A program made the translations under genes and the position numbers. DNA of 64,000 nt from Lachnoclostridium sp. (GTDB lineage Bacteria; Bacteroidota; Bacteroidia; Bacteroidales; Muribaculaceae). Shown here piece by piece: positions 9,760 to 20,900 of this stretch. The notes under the pieces are model-generated. The model had not been told where the DNA came from. It worked only from the letters and a program-made list of their open reading frames with translations, and did not search any database. The first letter of the stretch is position 1. Each line of letters begins with the position of its first letter. The stretch is taken from contig JAMPAP010000002.1 in assembly GCA_023667185.1 (NCBI GenBank), positions 150,978 through 214,977 on the forward strand, written 5' to 3'.

Positions 9760-12700
9760 ATGGAAAACAAGATAATAGATGCTCAGATGAGCGCTAACGG
9801 AGCAGGTCTCGGCTGGGGACGCTCTTTTCTCAAAGGATCTGACCTGCGCGAGCTTCGCAGCGATCTAATCCGTAACCGTATCGACCTGCGTCGCATCCGC
9901 TATGCTGCCAGTGTCAACCCTGCAGCCGCTATCTTCGGCAAGAGCCAGGTGGGTAAGTCGTATATGGTTGACTGTCTGCTGACAAGCGAGACCAATCCGC
10001 TTACTGTATACGATGCCCAAGGTAATGCCCATGGGTTTATCGAGAAAATCAATCCTACCGGTAATGGTAAGGAGGCCACTTCGCTGATTTCACGCTTCAC
10101 TACCCAGAAGGTGTGGAAAGATGAGCGATTCCCGGTGAAGGCTATGATGCTTTCGCCCGTCGATGTAGTGCTCGTGCTCTGCGACACATATTATAATGAC
10201 GTAATGGGTCACAAAGTGCCTAACGACGAGGCGATAAATGCCGAGATCCAGCGCCTGCGCGAAACTTACGGCAACCGCCCCGCCGTGCAGACCATCATCG
10301 GCGAAGATGACATGATGGAGCTCCGCGAATATTTCACTCTCGGGCTGATGGAACAGCGCCCTGATTTTCAGGAAGCTCTTCTCCGCCTTAACTACTTCGA
10401 GACTCTCTCGGAGTTGATAGACGCTGTCCCCGTCGCTGCCTGGGCTGATGTGTTCTCCTTCCTTTGGAATCGTAATCCTATTATCACCGAGGTGTTTAAC
10501 AAGTTGATCAATACTCTCGAGCGCCTCGACTTCAGCCCCACAGTATATATAAAAATAGCTGCTGTGGACAAGTATCTCGGCACCATCCTCCATGTTGACC
10601 GTATCTATGAGCTATTCGGTATCACCGAGCTTGACGATGAGAAAAATGGCAAGACCATGATCGAGAAGGCTAAAGAACCTCTGATGGTGGCACTTACCGA
10701 GAATGGGAAGGAGGTAGAGAATATCGAGAAGAGTGTGTTCTGCGCCTTGGCCATGGAGGTCGACTTTACCATTGTCAATCCTGATGATGCATCATCGAGC
10801 GAAAAGCTGCTCAAGGAGAAGCCTTTCCTTCATGATCTTGACATCCTCGACTTCCCCGGTGCACGTTCACGCCAGAAAAACCCCGAGGCCGATATCACCA
10901 AGAAGGATGCCTCGCTTATGCTTATCCGCGGTAAGGTGGCATATCTGTTCAACAAGTATTCACAGCAATATCTTATTACCAACCTCCTTTTCTGCCACGA
11001 TGATACTCAGAACGAGGTTAATACGCTGCCTACCCTCCTTAAGAGCTGGGTAGAGAAAACCGTCGGTAAGACTCCCTCGGAGCGTGAAGTTTTCCTCCGC
11101 ACGGCCGAGGTGTCGCCCCTCTTCGTCATCGGCACAAAGTTTAATATCGAGCTCAAGCGCCGCGACGTCGACTCCAAGGGTAGCGCCGAGCAGCGCGAGC
11201 AGGAGAAGCGTAACCGCTGGATCAAGCGTTTCAGCATCCTGAGCAGTGTGATTTCGGCTTCGATCAAGAGCCCGTGGGAGCTCGAGTGGACCCCCGGCAA
11301 GGCGTTTAAGAATTTCTATATGCTGCGCTCGTTTGAATACTCTTGCCTCGATGGCCTTTATGAAGGCTATCAAGAGAAGGATGACAACGGCGACTGGGTG
11401 CTTTCGCGTAACGCCGATGGTACGCTCCGCGGTGAGCAGCGCGTCAGCGATGACTATAAGGACTTCTTCGCCGGACTGAAATCCACATTCCTTCAGAATG
11501 AATATGTGACCGAGCACTTCGAGGACGCCTCGAAGTCATGGGATGAGGCTGTTGCTCCCGGCAAGGATGGCTCGGCTTGGATTATCGAGAATCTTACCCG
11601 CTCGGGCCGCAACATGAAGGCTGCCCGCGAGCAGACCTTCTCACGCCTGTCGGACAGCGCCATGACCAAGCTGTGCTCAGCCTTGAAAAAGCATTTCCAT
11701 GATGATAACTCTGACTCCGAATTGCGCCGCGCCCTCGAAAGCGCCGGCCGTATCGAGCTGCTGTTTGATGCTCTATTCGGCAAGGACAAATATTTCTTCT
11801 CTGATTTCATCAACGCCTTGCTCGTGCATGAGGATGAGATCAATGACACTATCCTTTGCACAGTAAATTCCATCAAGGTGCTCGACGATACTGATATGTC
11901 CGTGCTCTTCGCTATCCGTAACCGCGCCAAGATCGTCGCTCCTTACACTGAGGATGAACATGGCAACCGCACACCCGTTGACCTTGAAGAGAACATGAAG
12001 GAAAACCGCCGCCGTATGCGTGAGACGTATCACTTCTCTACTGATGAGGAGCTTGACGAGTTCCTTGCCGGCATGAAGCTCACCATGGAGGATATTATCA
12101 ATCCGCCTATGGTGCGTAACCTTGCGCGTATCATCGTCGATGCCGTCGAGAAATATTGGATGGATACATATCTGTCGCTTGAAAACTTCAGCGAGTTTGT
12201 TGAGCGTGGTATGTCAGAGAAGGGCATCGAGACCCTCCTCAGCAATATGCGCGTGCTCTACAAAGATAAACTGCATATGTCAGAGCGCCTGACTGCCCGT
12301 CTTGCTCCCTACGTTACAGCCCGCGAGAACCTCGACGATATGGCCGAAATGCTCGCCGACATATGCGCCGAGATGCTCAACAAGTTTATCAACACCATAG
12401 GTACATCCTATTTTGAGGAAGAACTTTGGAAAGACGTTCACGCCACCGTGGATCATAATGGCTTTGATATCAAGGTGGATGCTGCTGAGTATGACTCCGA
12501 TATTGACTTCGATGGCGAGAAGACCCGCGAAGGCCTCAACGACGTGTTTGACGTGTTTGATAATGTTGATGTAATCCTCAATCAAGTGCCCGTGGATACC
12601 GAGAAACTTTCATATTTCTCCAATTATCATGCTTTCCGCGAGTGGACTGACATGATGAAGATTGCCTTCCTTGCCACTTGCGGTATCCCCAAATATGACG

Positions 12701-12813
12701 TGGTGATGAATAATGAGCTCCGCAACGTGCTTGTAAAATACATAGTCGATAACGATAATCTCAAGCCCATGCTTAAGCCTGAATATGGCCTGAGCGAGCT
12801 TGCTACTCTTTGA
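9760..12813 (+). CDS. SrfC-like large P-loop (dynamin-like?) GTPase
   Basis: Walker A FGKSQVGKSYMV (about 9934), DxxG-type LDILDFPGARS and a possible G4, GTKFN. It is 1017 aa with a long helical C-terminal part. Confidence 0.55.
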   Translation: MENKIIDAQMSANGAGLGWGRSFLKGSDLRELRSDLIRNRIDLRRIRYAASVNPAAAIFGKSQVGKSYMVDCLLTSETNPLTVYDAQGNAHGFIEKINPTGNGKEATSLISRFTTQKVWKDERFPVKAMMLSPVDVVLVLCDTYYNDVMGHKVPNDEAINAEIQRLRETYGNRPAVQTIIGEDDMMELREYFTLGLMEQRPDFQEALLRLNYFETLSELIDAVPVAAWADVFSFLWNRNPIITEVFNKLINTLERLDFSPTVYIKIAAVDKYLGTILHVDRIYELFGITELDDEKNGKTMIEKAKEPLMVALTENGKEVENIEKSVFCALAMEVDFTIVNPDDASSSEKLLKEKPFLHDLDILDFPGARSRQKNPEADITKKDASLMLIRGKVAYLFNKYSQQYLITNLLFCHDDTQNEVNTLPTLLKSWVEKTVGKTPSEREVFLRTAEVSPLFVIGTKFNIELKRRDVDSKGSAEQREQEKRNRWIKRFSILSSVISASIKSPWELEWTPGKAFKNFYMLRSFEYSCLDGLYEGYQEKDDNGDWVLSRNADGTLRGEQRVSDDYKDFFAGLKSTFLQNEYVTEHFEDASKSWDEAVAPGKDGSAWIIENLTRSGRNMKAAREQTFSRLSDSAMTKLCSALKKHFHDDNSDSELRRALESAGRIELLFDALFGKDKYFFSDFINALLVHEDEINDTILCTVNSIKVLDDTDMSVLFAIRNRAKIVAPYTEDEHGNRTPVDLEENMKENRRRMRETYHFSTDEELDEFLAGMKLTMEDIINPPMVRNLARIIVDAVEKYWMDTYLSLENFSEFVERGMSEKGIETLLSNMRVLYKDKLHMSERLTARLAPYVTARENLDDMAEMLADICAEMLNKFINTIGTSYFEEELWKDVHATVDHNGFDIKVDAAEYDSDIDFDGEKTREGLNDVFDVFDNVDVILNQVPVDTEKLSYFSNYHAFREWTDMMKIAFLATCGIPKYDVVMNNELRNVLVKYIVDNDNLKPMLKPEYGLSELATL

Positions 12814-12840
12814 GATTAACCTAAAGCATTATCCATCAAT

Positions 12841-15438
12841 ATGCAACGAATATTAGGACAAAGTGATTATAACTCTTTCACCCACCATTTCAATGCCAAC
12901 GAACCGGTGGTGAAAAATCCGCGCATCAGCTCTTTTATGGCTACGCGTCTGCCCGGCCTTGACGATGCTTCACGTAAGGCACTCGCCAATCCGTATTTCA
13001 GCGGTATGCCGGGTAAGGAGCAGGTGATGTGGCAGACTGACGCCTTCGAAAGCGAGCCCGTAAGACTTAGTGACCTTTCCGGTGCTGAGCGCGAGAAATA
13101 TGAGCGTATTCTCGACAAGACTATGCGCTCGATAGCCCGCTCCGTGGAGCAGACTGACGATGAAATGAAGCGTGTGATGAAAGAGGCTGTCACATACCAT
13201 TCGCCCGATACCGTATACTGTGCTGATGATCGCGTGGTGATCACCGAGTGGGGTATGCATCCCAAGTCGCGTAGCGATTTCAGCAGCCTGCCACTGGGCG
13301 TGCAGCTCGATGAAACCGGTGAGCCCACCGGCAATTCTTCAGCTTCTGAGACTCCTGAGACTCCTGGAAATTCTGGAAATTCCGGGAATAATGAGAATTA
13401 TGGGAATACAGAGAACAATGAGAATACCGGGAACAATGAACCGGAATCTCCCACACCTCCCACACCTCCCACTCCACCCACACCTCCTGTTCCACCCGTT
13501 CCACCCACAACTCCACCTACACCCCCCGTTACTCCCACACCCCCGGTGAAGCCCTCCGGCGATTCCGGCAACTCCGGCGGCAAGAATAAGAAGGGGTGCC
13601 TCAAGAAGCTGTTGAAGTGGCTGCTCATAGCTCTTGGTGTGCTGTTGCTGCTGTGGTTGCTGTCAAGTCTGCTGAAGTCGTGTGACGGTTCCTCAACCCC
13701 CGGCTCGGAGGATATTGTGGCACTACCACCAGAAATTGACCCCGAGGAGGATATAGTGGAGAGTCCTGACTCGATGACTCGTATCGTGGCCAATCGCCTG
13801 ATCTTGCTTATCTCGGATGGTGGCACGGTCAACGAGTTTGTCGATGCGTTTTATGCCAAGTACCCTGACAAGAAGAAATACACCTTCGCTAATCCTGATA
13901 CGTTGATCCCGCGCGTAGTGCTTGTGCTGCCCGCTGATGAGCGTGAGGGGATGATAGAGCGGTTGCCGTCAGAGTTCCCTGACTGGGATCTCGTGGTGCT
14001 TCCCGAAACTCTTTTCGGCGGCTCGATGATACCTGACGATCCGGCATTCGCTGACCCTGAGAAGAGATGGTATTTCGACATGACCTCGACATTTGACGCC
14101 TGGGACACCACCCGTGGCGACAAGAAAATCAAGATAGCTATCATCGACGACGGCTTTGACCTGAATCATCCCGAAATCAAGGGTAAGGTGGTGGATCAAT
14201 ACAATGCCGTCACCCACACCCGTGATGTCTTCCCGCAGAAGGATGGCCACGGTATGCACGTAGCAGGCACGGCTGCCGGTATCGCCGGTAACCACGAGGG
14301 TATCTCCGGTATCGCCCCTGACTGCGAACTTATGCTCATCCAGGTAGGCGACCGTAATGGGGTGATGTCAACCTCGGCCGTGATTGATGCCGTGCTTTAT
14401 GCCATCAGCAATGGCGCCGATGTGGTAAATATGTCGCTCGGTATGGAATTTAACCCTATGCTGCAGCTCGCTCCCCCTGAAATGCAGGAGGAAATCATCC
14501 GCAACCAGTTTCTCGAGGAGGAAGGGATGTGGAACAAGATTTTCGAAATGGCCGATAAGAAAAACGTAACGTTTGTGCTTGCCGGTGGTAACCAGAACCT
14601 TATTATCGGCCTTGACCCGATGCAGCGCTCGTCACGCACCATCAAGGTGTCGGCCGTAACGCCCACCAAGGAGAAGGCTGACTTCTCCAACTATGGTAAA
14701 TACTCCACCCTCTCGGCTCCCGGTGTAAATATCTACAACGCCTTCCCCGGCGGCAAGTATATCTCGTATCAGGGTACGTCGATGGCCTCGCCCATCGTGG
14801 CCGGTGGTGTGGGATTGCTGAAGAGTGTTGAGCCGTCGCTCACAACGGCACAGATTGCCAACATCCTGCGCGAAACGGGTATAGAATCGCCCAGCGACGT
14901 CGGCCCGATAGTCAACTTCGCCCGCGCACTTGACCTCCTTAAAGAGAAGGGACCTGATGCCGGAACCGGTACCGGGGACACTGACTGCGACAAGATTCGC
15001 GACCGCTATCTGGAGCTCACTGAGGAGATAGAGCGCATCCGACGCGAGCATCCCGAGTGTGTCGATGCTATTGACACTCTCGAGATCCCGGTAGGTGTGG
15101 CGCTCACTGACTTGCGTGGTCTTTACCAGAGTACCACCAAGATTGTTAATGTGTCCGGCGAGGATGTTGTGATCTTCCTGTCGTTTGATGGAACGCCCAC
15201 CGGCGGTGTGATGCTCGTAGAGCCTTCGGGCGCTAAGTTTACTGCCTCAACATCAGTGTCAGTCTCCGGCGACAAGATCCTTATTCACCAGAATGGACCG
15301 GCCGAAGGCACGAGTGGCGGGTATCTGCCTTACGACTTTACCCTCATTCCTGACCGCGACCGTAAGGCGCAGGGTACAGCTGTAAATCAATCCGATCCTC
15401 GCAACAGGGTTCGCTTCCAGCTTATCCGCATAAAGTAA
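12841..15438 (+). CDS. Membrane-anchored subtilisin-like (S8) serine protease. Domain order: cytoplasmic N-domain, N/G/E- and Pro/Thr-rich linker, single TM, periplasmic S8 domain, C-terminal beta domain
   Basis: Catalytic triad motifs IAIIDDGFD (about 14146), DGHGMHVAGTAAG (about 14248) and GTSMASPIVAGG (about 14779). The TM segment WLLIALGVLLLLWLLSSLL is preceded by KNKKGCLKKLLK (positive-inside rule). Confidence 0.85.
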   Translation: MQRILGQSDYNSFTHHFNANEPVVKNPRISSFMATRLPGLDDASRKALANPYFSGMPGKEQVMWQTDAFESEPVRLSDLSGAEREKYERILDKTMRSIARSVEQTDDEMKRVMKEAVTYHSPDTVYCADDRVVITEWGMHPKSRSDFSSLPLGVQLDETGEPTGNSSASETPETPGNSGNSGNNENYGNTENNENTGNNEPESPTPPTPPTPPTPPVPPVPPTTPPTPPVTPTPPVKPSGDSGNSGGKNKKGCLKKLLKWLLIALGVLLLLWLLSSLLKSCDGSSTPGSEDIVALPPEIDPEEDIVESPDSMTRIVANRLILLISDGGTVNEFVDAFYAKYPDKKKYTFANPDTLIPRVVLVLPADEREGMIERLPSEFPDWDLVVLPETLFGGSMIPDDPAFADPEKRWYFDMTSTFDAWDTTRGDKKIKIAIIDDGFDLNHPEIKGKVVDQYNAVTHTRDVFPQKDGHGMHVAGTAAGIAGNHEGISGIAPDCELMLIQVGDRNGVMSTSAVIDAVLYAISNGADVVNMSLGMEFNPMLQLAPPEMQEEIIRNQFLEEEGMWNKIFEMADKKNVTFVLAGGNQNLIIGLDPMQRSSRTIKVSAVTPTKEKADFSNYGKYSTLSAPGVNIYNAFPGGKYISYQGTSMASPIVAGGVGLLKSVEPSLTTAQIANILRETGIESPSDVGPIVNFARALDLLKEKGPDAGTGTGDTDCDKIRDRYLELTEEIERIRREHPECVDAIDTLEIPVGVALTDLRGLYQSTTKIVNVSGEDVVIFLSFDGTPTGGVMLVEPSGAKFTASTSVSVSGDKILIHQNGPAEGTSGGYLPYDFTLIPDRDRKAQGTAVNQSDPRNRVRFQLIRIK
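13331..13580 (+). repeat. Low-complexity coding repeats (GNS/NEN units, then PTPPTPPTPPVPP units)
   Basis: Reiterated short units gagactcct, ggaaattct and cccacacct seen directly. The overlapping alternate-frame ORFs are artefacts of this tract. Confidence 0.85.
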
Positions 15439-15482
15439 TCACCACATATATTATATATAGTAACTGAAAATTTAAACCAAAT

Positions 15483-16361
15483 ATGAAAACGTTTCTTTCA
15501 ATTGTAAGTGTAATAGGCACATTGCTTTGGGCTACAGCCTTTTTCTTCGGATTCAACTACTACGTTGGCGGCGCGCTGATGCTGTCAATACCATTGGCGG
15601 TTTTCCTCGCGCTGATCCTCGGCGGCTCTGTTTTCCTGATGATCAAGAAAAGCCAGGATAAGGACTCTGTATCGCGTCGCACCGAGCGCCTTGCCATTGC
15701 AGTATATGTGCTGTTCAGCCTCCTCTCAGTTGCCTTCATCGGCCACTTCGTGGATGTCACCCTCAATAAGAAGAAGGCTATTCAGGACGAGGCCCTCGCC
15801 CAGATCGAGGAACTGTCGCTCACATTCGATGCCGGCGATGGTTCGCCCCGCGCCGGTAGCTATGAGGAGTATGTGGCTGACAATGTGTATACTTACGGTA
15901 ATAACCTTGAAGGCCTTGAACCCGGCACTATTGATGCCAAAAAGAGCGAGCTGATGTCAGATCTGCTCGATGATGGCTTCGTTGAGCTTCAGGATTATGT
16001 AAACCAGGAACTTGACTACGCCAAGGGTACTATCGAAGGATGGAACTGGCTTTATGTGTCACAGCGTCTCGACCAGCTCGAAAAGTATAAGGGTGATTGG
16101 GAAACCAGCGTTGCGGTTCAGTCACGCAATTCTGACTATACAAAGAGCACCATGGACTTCTATAAGCCGACATCCGTCCACAACAACTTCGAGATCTTCA
16201 ACGGCCTTAGAACCCTCGACTTAGCCGGATGCTTCAACATCTACACCATCCTCCTCGTGGTAGTGCTCCAGTTCATGATGATCTTCATCTACTTCGCCGC
16301 CCGTCCCAACCGTATGCACGGCCCTGAAAAGCCTAAAGGCTCTGAAGTTGAATCTTGGTAA
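15483..16361 (+). CDS. Integral membrane protein (3 N-terminal TM, soluble loop of about 150 aa, C-terminal TM); no recognised family
   Basis: Hydrophobic segments VIGTLLWATAFFFGF, LMLSIPLAVFLALILGGSVFLMI, LAIAVYVLFSLLSVAFIGHFV and IYTILLVVVLQFMMIFIYFAA. Confidence 0.65.
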   Translation: MKTFLSIVSVIGTLLWATAFFFGFNYYVGGALMLSIPLAVFLALILGGSVFLMIKKSQDKDSVSRRTERLAIAVYVLFSLLSVAFIGHFVDVTLNKKKAIQDEALAQIEELSLTFDAGDGSPRAGSYEEYVADNVYTYGNNLEGLEPGTIDAKKSELMSDLLDDGFVELQDYVNQELDYAKGTIEGWNWLYVSQRLDQLEKYKGDWETSVAVQSRNSDYTKSTMDFYKPTSVHNNFEIFNGLRTLDLAGCFNIYTILLVVVLQFMMIFIYFAARPNRMHGPEKPKGSEVESW

Positions 16362-16412
16362 AAATAAAATATTATTGATTATAATTGAAAATACAAATTA
16401 AAAATATAAGCT

Positions 16413-17954
16413 ATGCCATTCGATCATACAAAACTATCAATTTATACAGTGCCTCAGCTCATTGAGTTTATGAAGTCAGGTGAAGTAACTTTTGAAGAAC
16501 TTCAGCAACTCGGTCTTCCATATTTCAAGCAGGATGAGATACGCAAATTCCTCGCTGAAAAGGATATATGGGAAGCCGCCAAAATGACTCAGGAAGGTAT
16601 CAACAACTATCTTGCCACTTATCCCAACGGCTTCTTCGTGGATGAGGCCGGTGCAGCAATGACTGCTGCAAAAGAAGAAGGAGTTTGGCAGTGGGCTTGC
16701 GACGAAGATAATGTTGCAGCCTATAAGCGCTACCTCAGCAAATATCCTACGGGCAAGTATGCTATTAAAGCCGAAATGAGAATTGAAGAACTTGAGGAGA
16801 TAGAGAAAAATCTGAAGGAGGAGATTTTCAATGATATGCGCGAGAACTTCTGGAACTATTCTTATATGAAGATGCGCCAGCTCTATAATCCCCAGCCTCT
16901 TACTCCAGAGCAGAAAGACTTCCTCGCTTCGCAGGATGATGCTTATTCACGATTTGTAGCTAACGGGTTGAAACTGACTCATCAGGATCTGATCGATAAT
17001 GGTGTAGTTCCTGAGGGCGTCACCCAGTCAGAAGTTTCTTCACCTGAGTTTACGATGCCTGCTACTAAAATTGAAGAACTCGGTATGTTCCCCAAGGATC
17101 GCACTGACATATTCTTCCTCGGTGTGCCTCGTTCGGGTAAGTCTTCAGTTTTATCGGGTGTGATTTATCAGCTTTGGCGCGATGGTTTTGCCGGCTATGA
17201 GCCTCAACTTGTAAATGGTGTAGACCCTTGTATGGCCTATTATCAGGGTCTTATCCGTGCGGTTGCCACCAAGAAGCCGCCGGTAGGTACGGCTACTGAT
17301 ACAGTGTCGTTCATGAAAATAGACCTTGTGCATGGTAAGCGTCGCAACAAGCTGACTATTGTCGAGATGGCAGGTGAAGCTTTTAAAAGAGCTGCCGAGC
17401 GTATTGCCAAAGGTAATGGAAATCAGGAAGAAGTGTGGAAGGAACTTGGCGCCGAACAGTGCTTAAGAAGCAAGAATCAGAAGATGCTCTTCTTTGTGCT
17501 TGACTATAGTGCTGTCAAGGGTATAAATGAGGCATGCTCCGCATTTGATCAGCTCGAGATCCTTGAATCAGCTCTCCGAACCTTGAGTACCGATGGCCCT
17601 GACCCCCAAAATCCTCGCAAGGGTTGTACAATGAGCCGTGTTGAAACTGTAGCCGTGCTTGTGACAAAAAGCGACCTTATGCAGCAGTCAACAGTGCAAG
17701 GACGTCTTGCCGAGGCAAGAGCCTATATGGAAGATAACTTCAAGAACTTCATGCGTGAACTGATGGATATGTCACGTGAATTTGGTTGCAACAGGGTTAA
17801 CGATTACCGTCCTTACTTCCTTACTTTCAGCCTCGGAAATTTCTACGTAGGAAATACTGTCGTATTTAATCCTGATGATTCCAAACGAATTATTGACTTT
17901 ATCCGTACGGCTACTCCATCAGAATCGATTGATCGTTTCCGCTTCTTTAACTAA
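16413..17954 (+). CDS. TRAFAC-type GTPase-like protein with a helical N-terminal region (two YxxxYPxG repeats)
   Basis: G1 FFLGVPRSGKSSVL (about 17120), G3-like LTIVEMAGEAF and G4 VLVTKSDL. It is a paralog of 28332..29456. Confidence 0.65.
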   Translation: MPFDHTKLSIYTVPQLIEFMKSGEVTFEELQQLGLPYFKQDEIRKFLAEKDIWEAAKMTQEGINNYLATYPNGFFVDEAGAAMTAAKEEGVWQWACDEDNVAAYKRYLSKYPTGKYAIKAEMRIEELEEIEKNLKEEIFNDMRENFWNYSYMKMRQLYNPQPLTPEQKDFLASQDDAYSRFVANGLKLTHQDLIDNGVVPEGVTQSEVSSPEFTMPATKIEELGMFPKDRTDIFFLGVPRSGKSSVLSGVIYQLWRDGFAGYEPQLVNGVDPCMAYYQGLIRAVATKKPPVGTATDTVSFMKIDLVHGKRRNKLTIVEMAGEAFKRAAERIAKGNGNQEEVWKELGAEQCLRSKNQKMLFFVLDYSAVKGINEACSAFDQLEILESALRTLSTDGPDPQNPRKGCTMSRVETVAVLVTKSDLMQQSTVQGRLAEARAYMEDNFKNFMRELMDMSREFGCNRVNDYRPYFLTFSLGNFYVGNTVVFNPDDSKRIIDFIRTATPSESIDRFRFFN

Positions 17955-17972
17955 CAAAACACGATTTTACTA

Positions 17973-20900
17973 ATGATCCAAGATATAGGTTTAGTAATCT
18001 GGGGCTGCAAAGGCGGATGCCGCACGTTCTGCAACAATCGCGTCATTAACGTCGAGGAGCCCGTCATTCGCCAGACTTTAAAAGATGTTCGTTCATCAAT
18101 ATATTTTAAGCGTTCCGGCCTTGACTATTATGCAGTGGAGTTTACGCAGCGCTACAAGGTGTATACCCACTACCGCTCGTCGAACGACTCCGGAGGTGGT
18201 GCATTTATCGCCATAACGATTTATGTACCTCACAATCTTATGATTAAAAATGTCCGCTCGATTCTCGACGAGATGATTGTGCTTTACTTCAAGGAGTACA
18301 TGAACCCGATGTCCTACACTCCGCTCCCCGGCAAGTATGACGACATCAATATGTTCCTGCGCATACTCGATGAGCATCAGAATGATATCGTCACTGATCG
18401 CCGCGGCTATGCTTACCATCCCTCAGAGCAGGATGATCGCCCTCAGATTATCAAGTATAATGATGTAACTGAGATAGATAAGTATTTCGAAAATCCTTAT
18501 CATAAGGAATTTTTCGCCTGCCAGGAGGTAATGTTCCTGCGTAGCGAATACTACGACCGTCCACAGGAATTTGACATCGACTTCGTGCAGCGGCTCCAGC
18601 TCATCGACAAGGTGTCAGAGTCAGTGCGCATGAACCGTCTGCTCCCGTTTGACAAGCCCGGGAAGAAGCTCAGTCGCCTGATAATTAATGGAGATGACTT
18701 TACCAATGATAAGGATGGCGCGTCGCTCGACAAAAAGGACCTCGTCAGCTTCACCATCGAATCCGCCGACGATCGATATGAGCCGATGAAGGCTGACAAC
18801 ATCACCGTCGAAGATATGCTCCGGCGTAGGTTGATTCGCAAGAAAGGTGATGATTACGAGTGGGATGACATTATTCTCGACAAACGCACGTATGAGTTGA
18901 AAGTAAGTGCCTCGCCTGAGAGCAGTGTCAGGATGCGCGACTTCGCTGCCCACCTTCAGCTCGTTATAGGTAAAGGCAAATATCATGCAACGGTGATGGC
19001 TGATGGTACGGCTCGATTCCTTTTGCGAGGCCCCGAGGTTGACCAGGAGTGTACTCTCGTATTCGGGTATGACGAAAAGACCGATCTGCCAATCCAAAAG
19101 GTTGTTCCCGCGCAACATCTTGACAATGGCCTCACCGTAGCAGCCGACGAGCATCAGTTGAAGGTGAAATTAGAAGGCTTTGATGGTGATAGTCCTCTCG
19201 TTGAGGCAGAGGTCAAGTTGGCCGGCGACACTGTCTATACTCCTATTGAAGATAATAAGATATATACACCTGTAATCAATGGTGAGCACGCCACTGTAGG
19301 CATCAGAGCCCGGGATTGTAACGTCAAATTCAATGGCGATGCATGGGTGGTTACGCCCACAGTTGTCAGGGTTAAAGTGTTCATCCCCAAGGAAATATCC
19401 GGCTTGTTAAAGCGTATAGGAGCAAAGGTGTCATTTAATGGCAAAACTTATGGCATTAATGACTCGGGTAAGGTATCGCTTCCTTATGGTTGGGAAGAAA
19501 ACGGCGAAATGCCTGAAATTCAGCTGACTGATGAAAGCGGGGTGGTTAGACAGCCGATGAACTACGAAGGTGGATACCTTCGCTTTACCGGATGTGTGAT
19601 CTCAAACAAGACACGCGAGGCAGTAAAGCTATCGATTAACGGAGAAGAGAAAACATTTAAGGCACGTACTGAATTTTTTCACTACAACGTCGACGGCAAA
19701 TATAACATTGATTTTGCCAATCCTTTAGATAAGGATCTCATGAAGATCTCTTCCTCGCAAAAGGATGGATTCACTTACTATGTCGTTGAGCCAAAAGATC
19801 GTGACATCGTTGTAATTCCCGGAGGAGACTCTCACTCTGGCAACTCCAAGTCTAAGGATAAGAACGATAGTAAGGCTGATAAAAAACTGCCGTTCGGCGG
19901 TAAAGGTCGTATTCTCTTCCACGCTTGTAAGGGATACTTTACTTTTGAAGGTGAAGACAGAATTAAATTCGATAAGACGATCGAAATCACAGTCAAACAG
20001 CAAGTATATAAGATTTTTGATCCAGGCAATAGAGAAGTGGGTTCTATCAATGTTTCAAATCCATGCGATTATACTACCGGACAATTTGATGTGAAGTATA
20101 AAGAAGAAAATGGATTGAAAATATGGGAAGTAACTTATCGCAAAACATTTATTGACAAATTCATTGACTTTGTTACCTCGAAGCTCGGTCTTGGACTGAT
20201 CGGTCTCCTGGTGGTATTGGTAATTGGAGGCTGGATTGCCTGGCCTCACCTCTTCGGCGCAAAGGAATACACAGCAACTATCACCTTCACCACCGATGAT
20301 CCCATTGCTTCAATTACGGTGGTGAAGCCGGAGAATGGAATTACGATTACCCCCAGTGAAAGCACCATCACCATTAGACGTAGCAAGGACGACAAGAACC
20401 AATTTGCCGGAACCGCATTGCTTAAATTCTCGTACAAGGATGAAGGCGATACCGAAAAGATGCTGAAAGATCTGCCCGACGTTGATATGAAATCTCTCCG
20501 TGCGGTTCTCAGCGAAAACCATGAGAAAGATGCCTCCACTGCATTTACGGCAGCTGCGCCTCAGTCACCGGCTCATGTTGAGTATCTTGACATAACGTCG
20601 GTTACTCCTCTTGACTCAGCCAAAGTCGCTAACTTCCAAACGCAATATCAAGGTTCAAATTACGAGAAGAAGTTAACCGAGTCTTATGGCAAACAAGTGG
20701 CAGCCGAAGAGGAAGAGAAGGCTAAAAGAAACGCAGAAGAAGCCTCTCATCAAAGTCTCGTTGATAAGTATAACAAGCTCCTTGAAAAACTGAATAGTAT
20801 GGATGTTATGGCTTCAGATGTCGCAGTAATTGAGGCTTTCGAAACTGTGCATAGGAAAGACCTTGCAAGGGAAATCGCAGCCAATCGCGCCAAAGTCAAG

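Noticed and set aside
9900-12585. Several 95-185-aa minus-strand or alternate-frame ORFs inside the SrfC-like gene. Similar ORFs occur inside the SrfB-like gene (7513..9701).
   Set aside because: All are nested in long ORFs carrying NTPase motifs and have no motifs of their own. They are open antisense frames, as expected for this composition.
13280-13832. Pro/His/Leu-rich ORFs (78, 79 and 144 aa) over the S8 linker.
   Set aside because: They are alternate readings of the low-complexity repeat tract. The S8 frame is continuous through the region.
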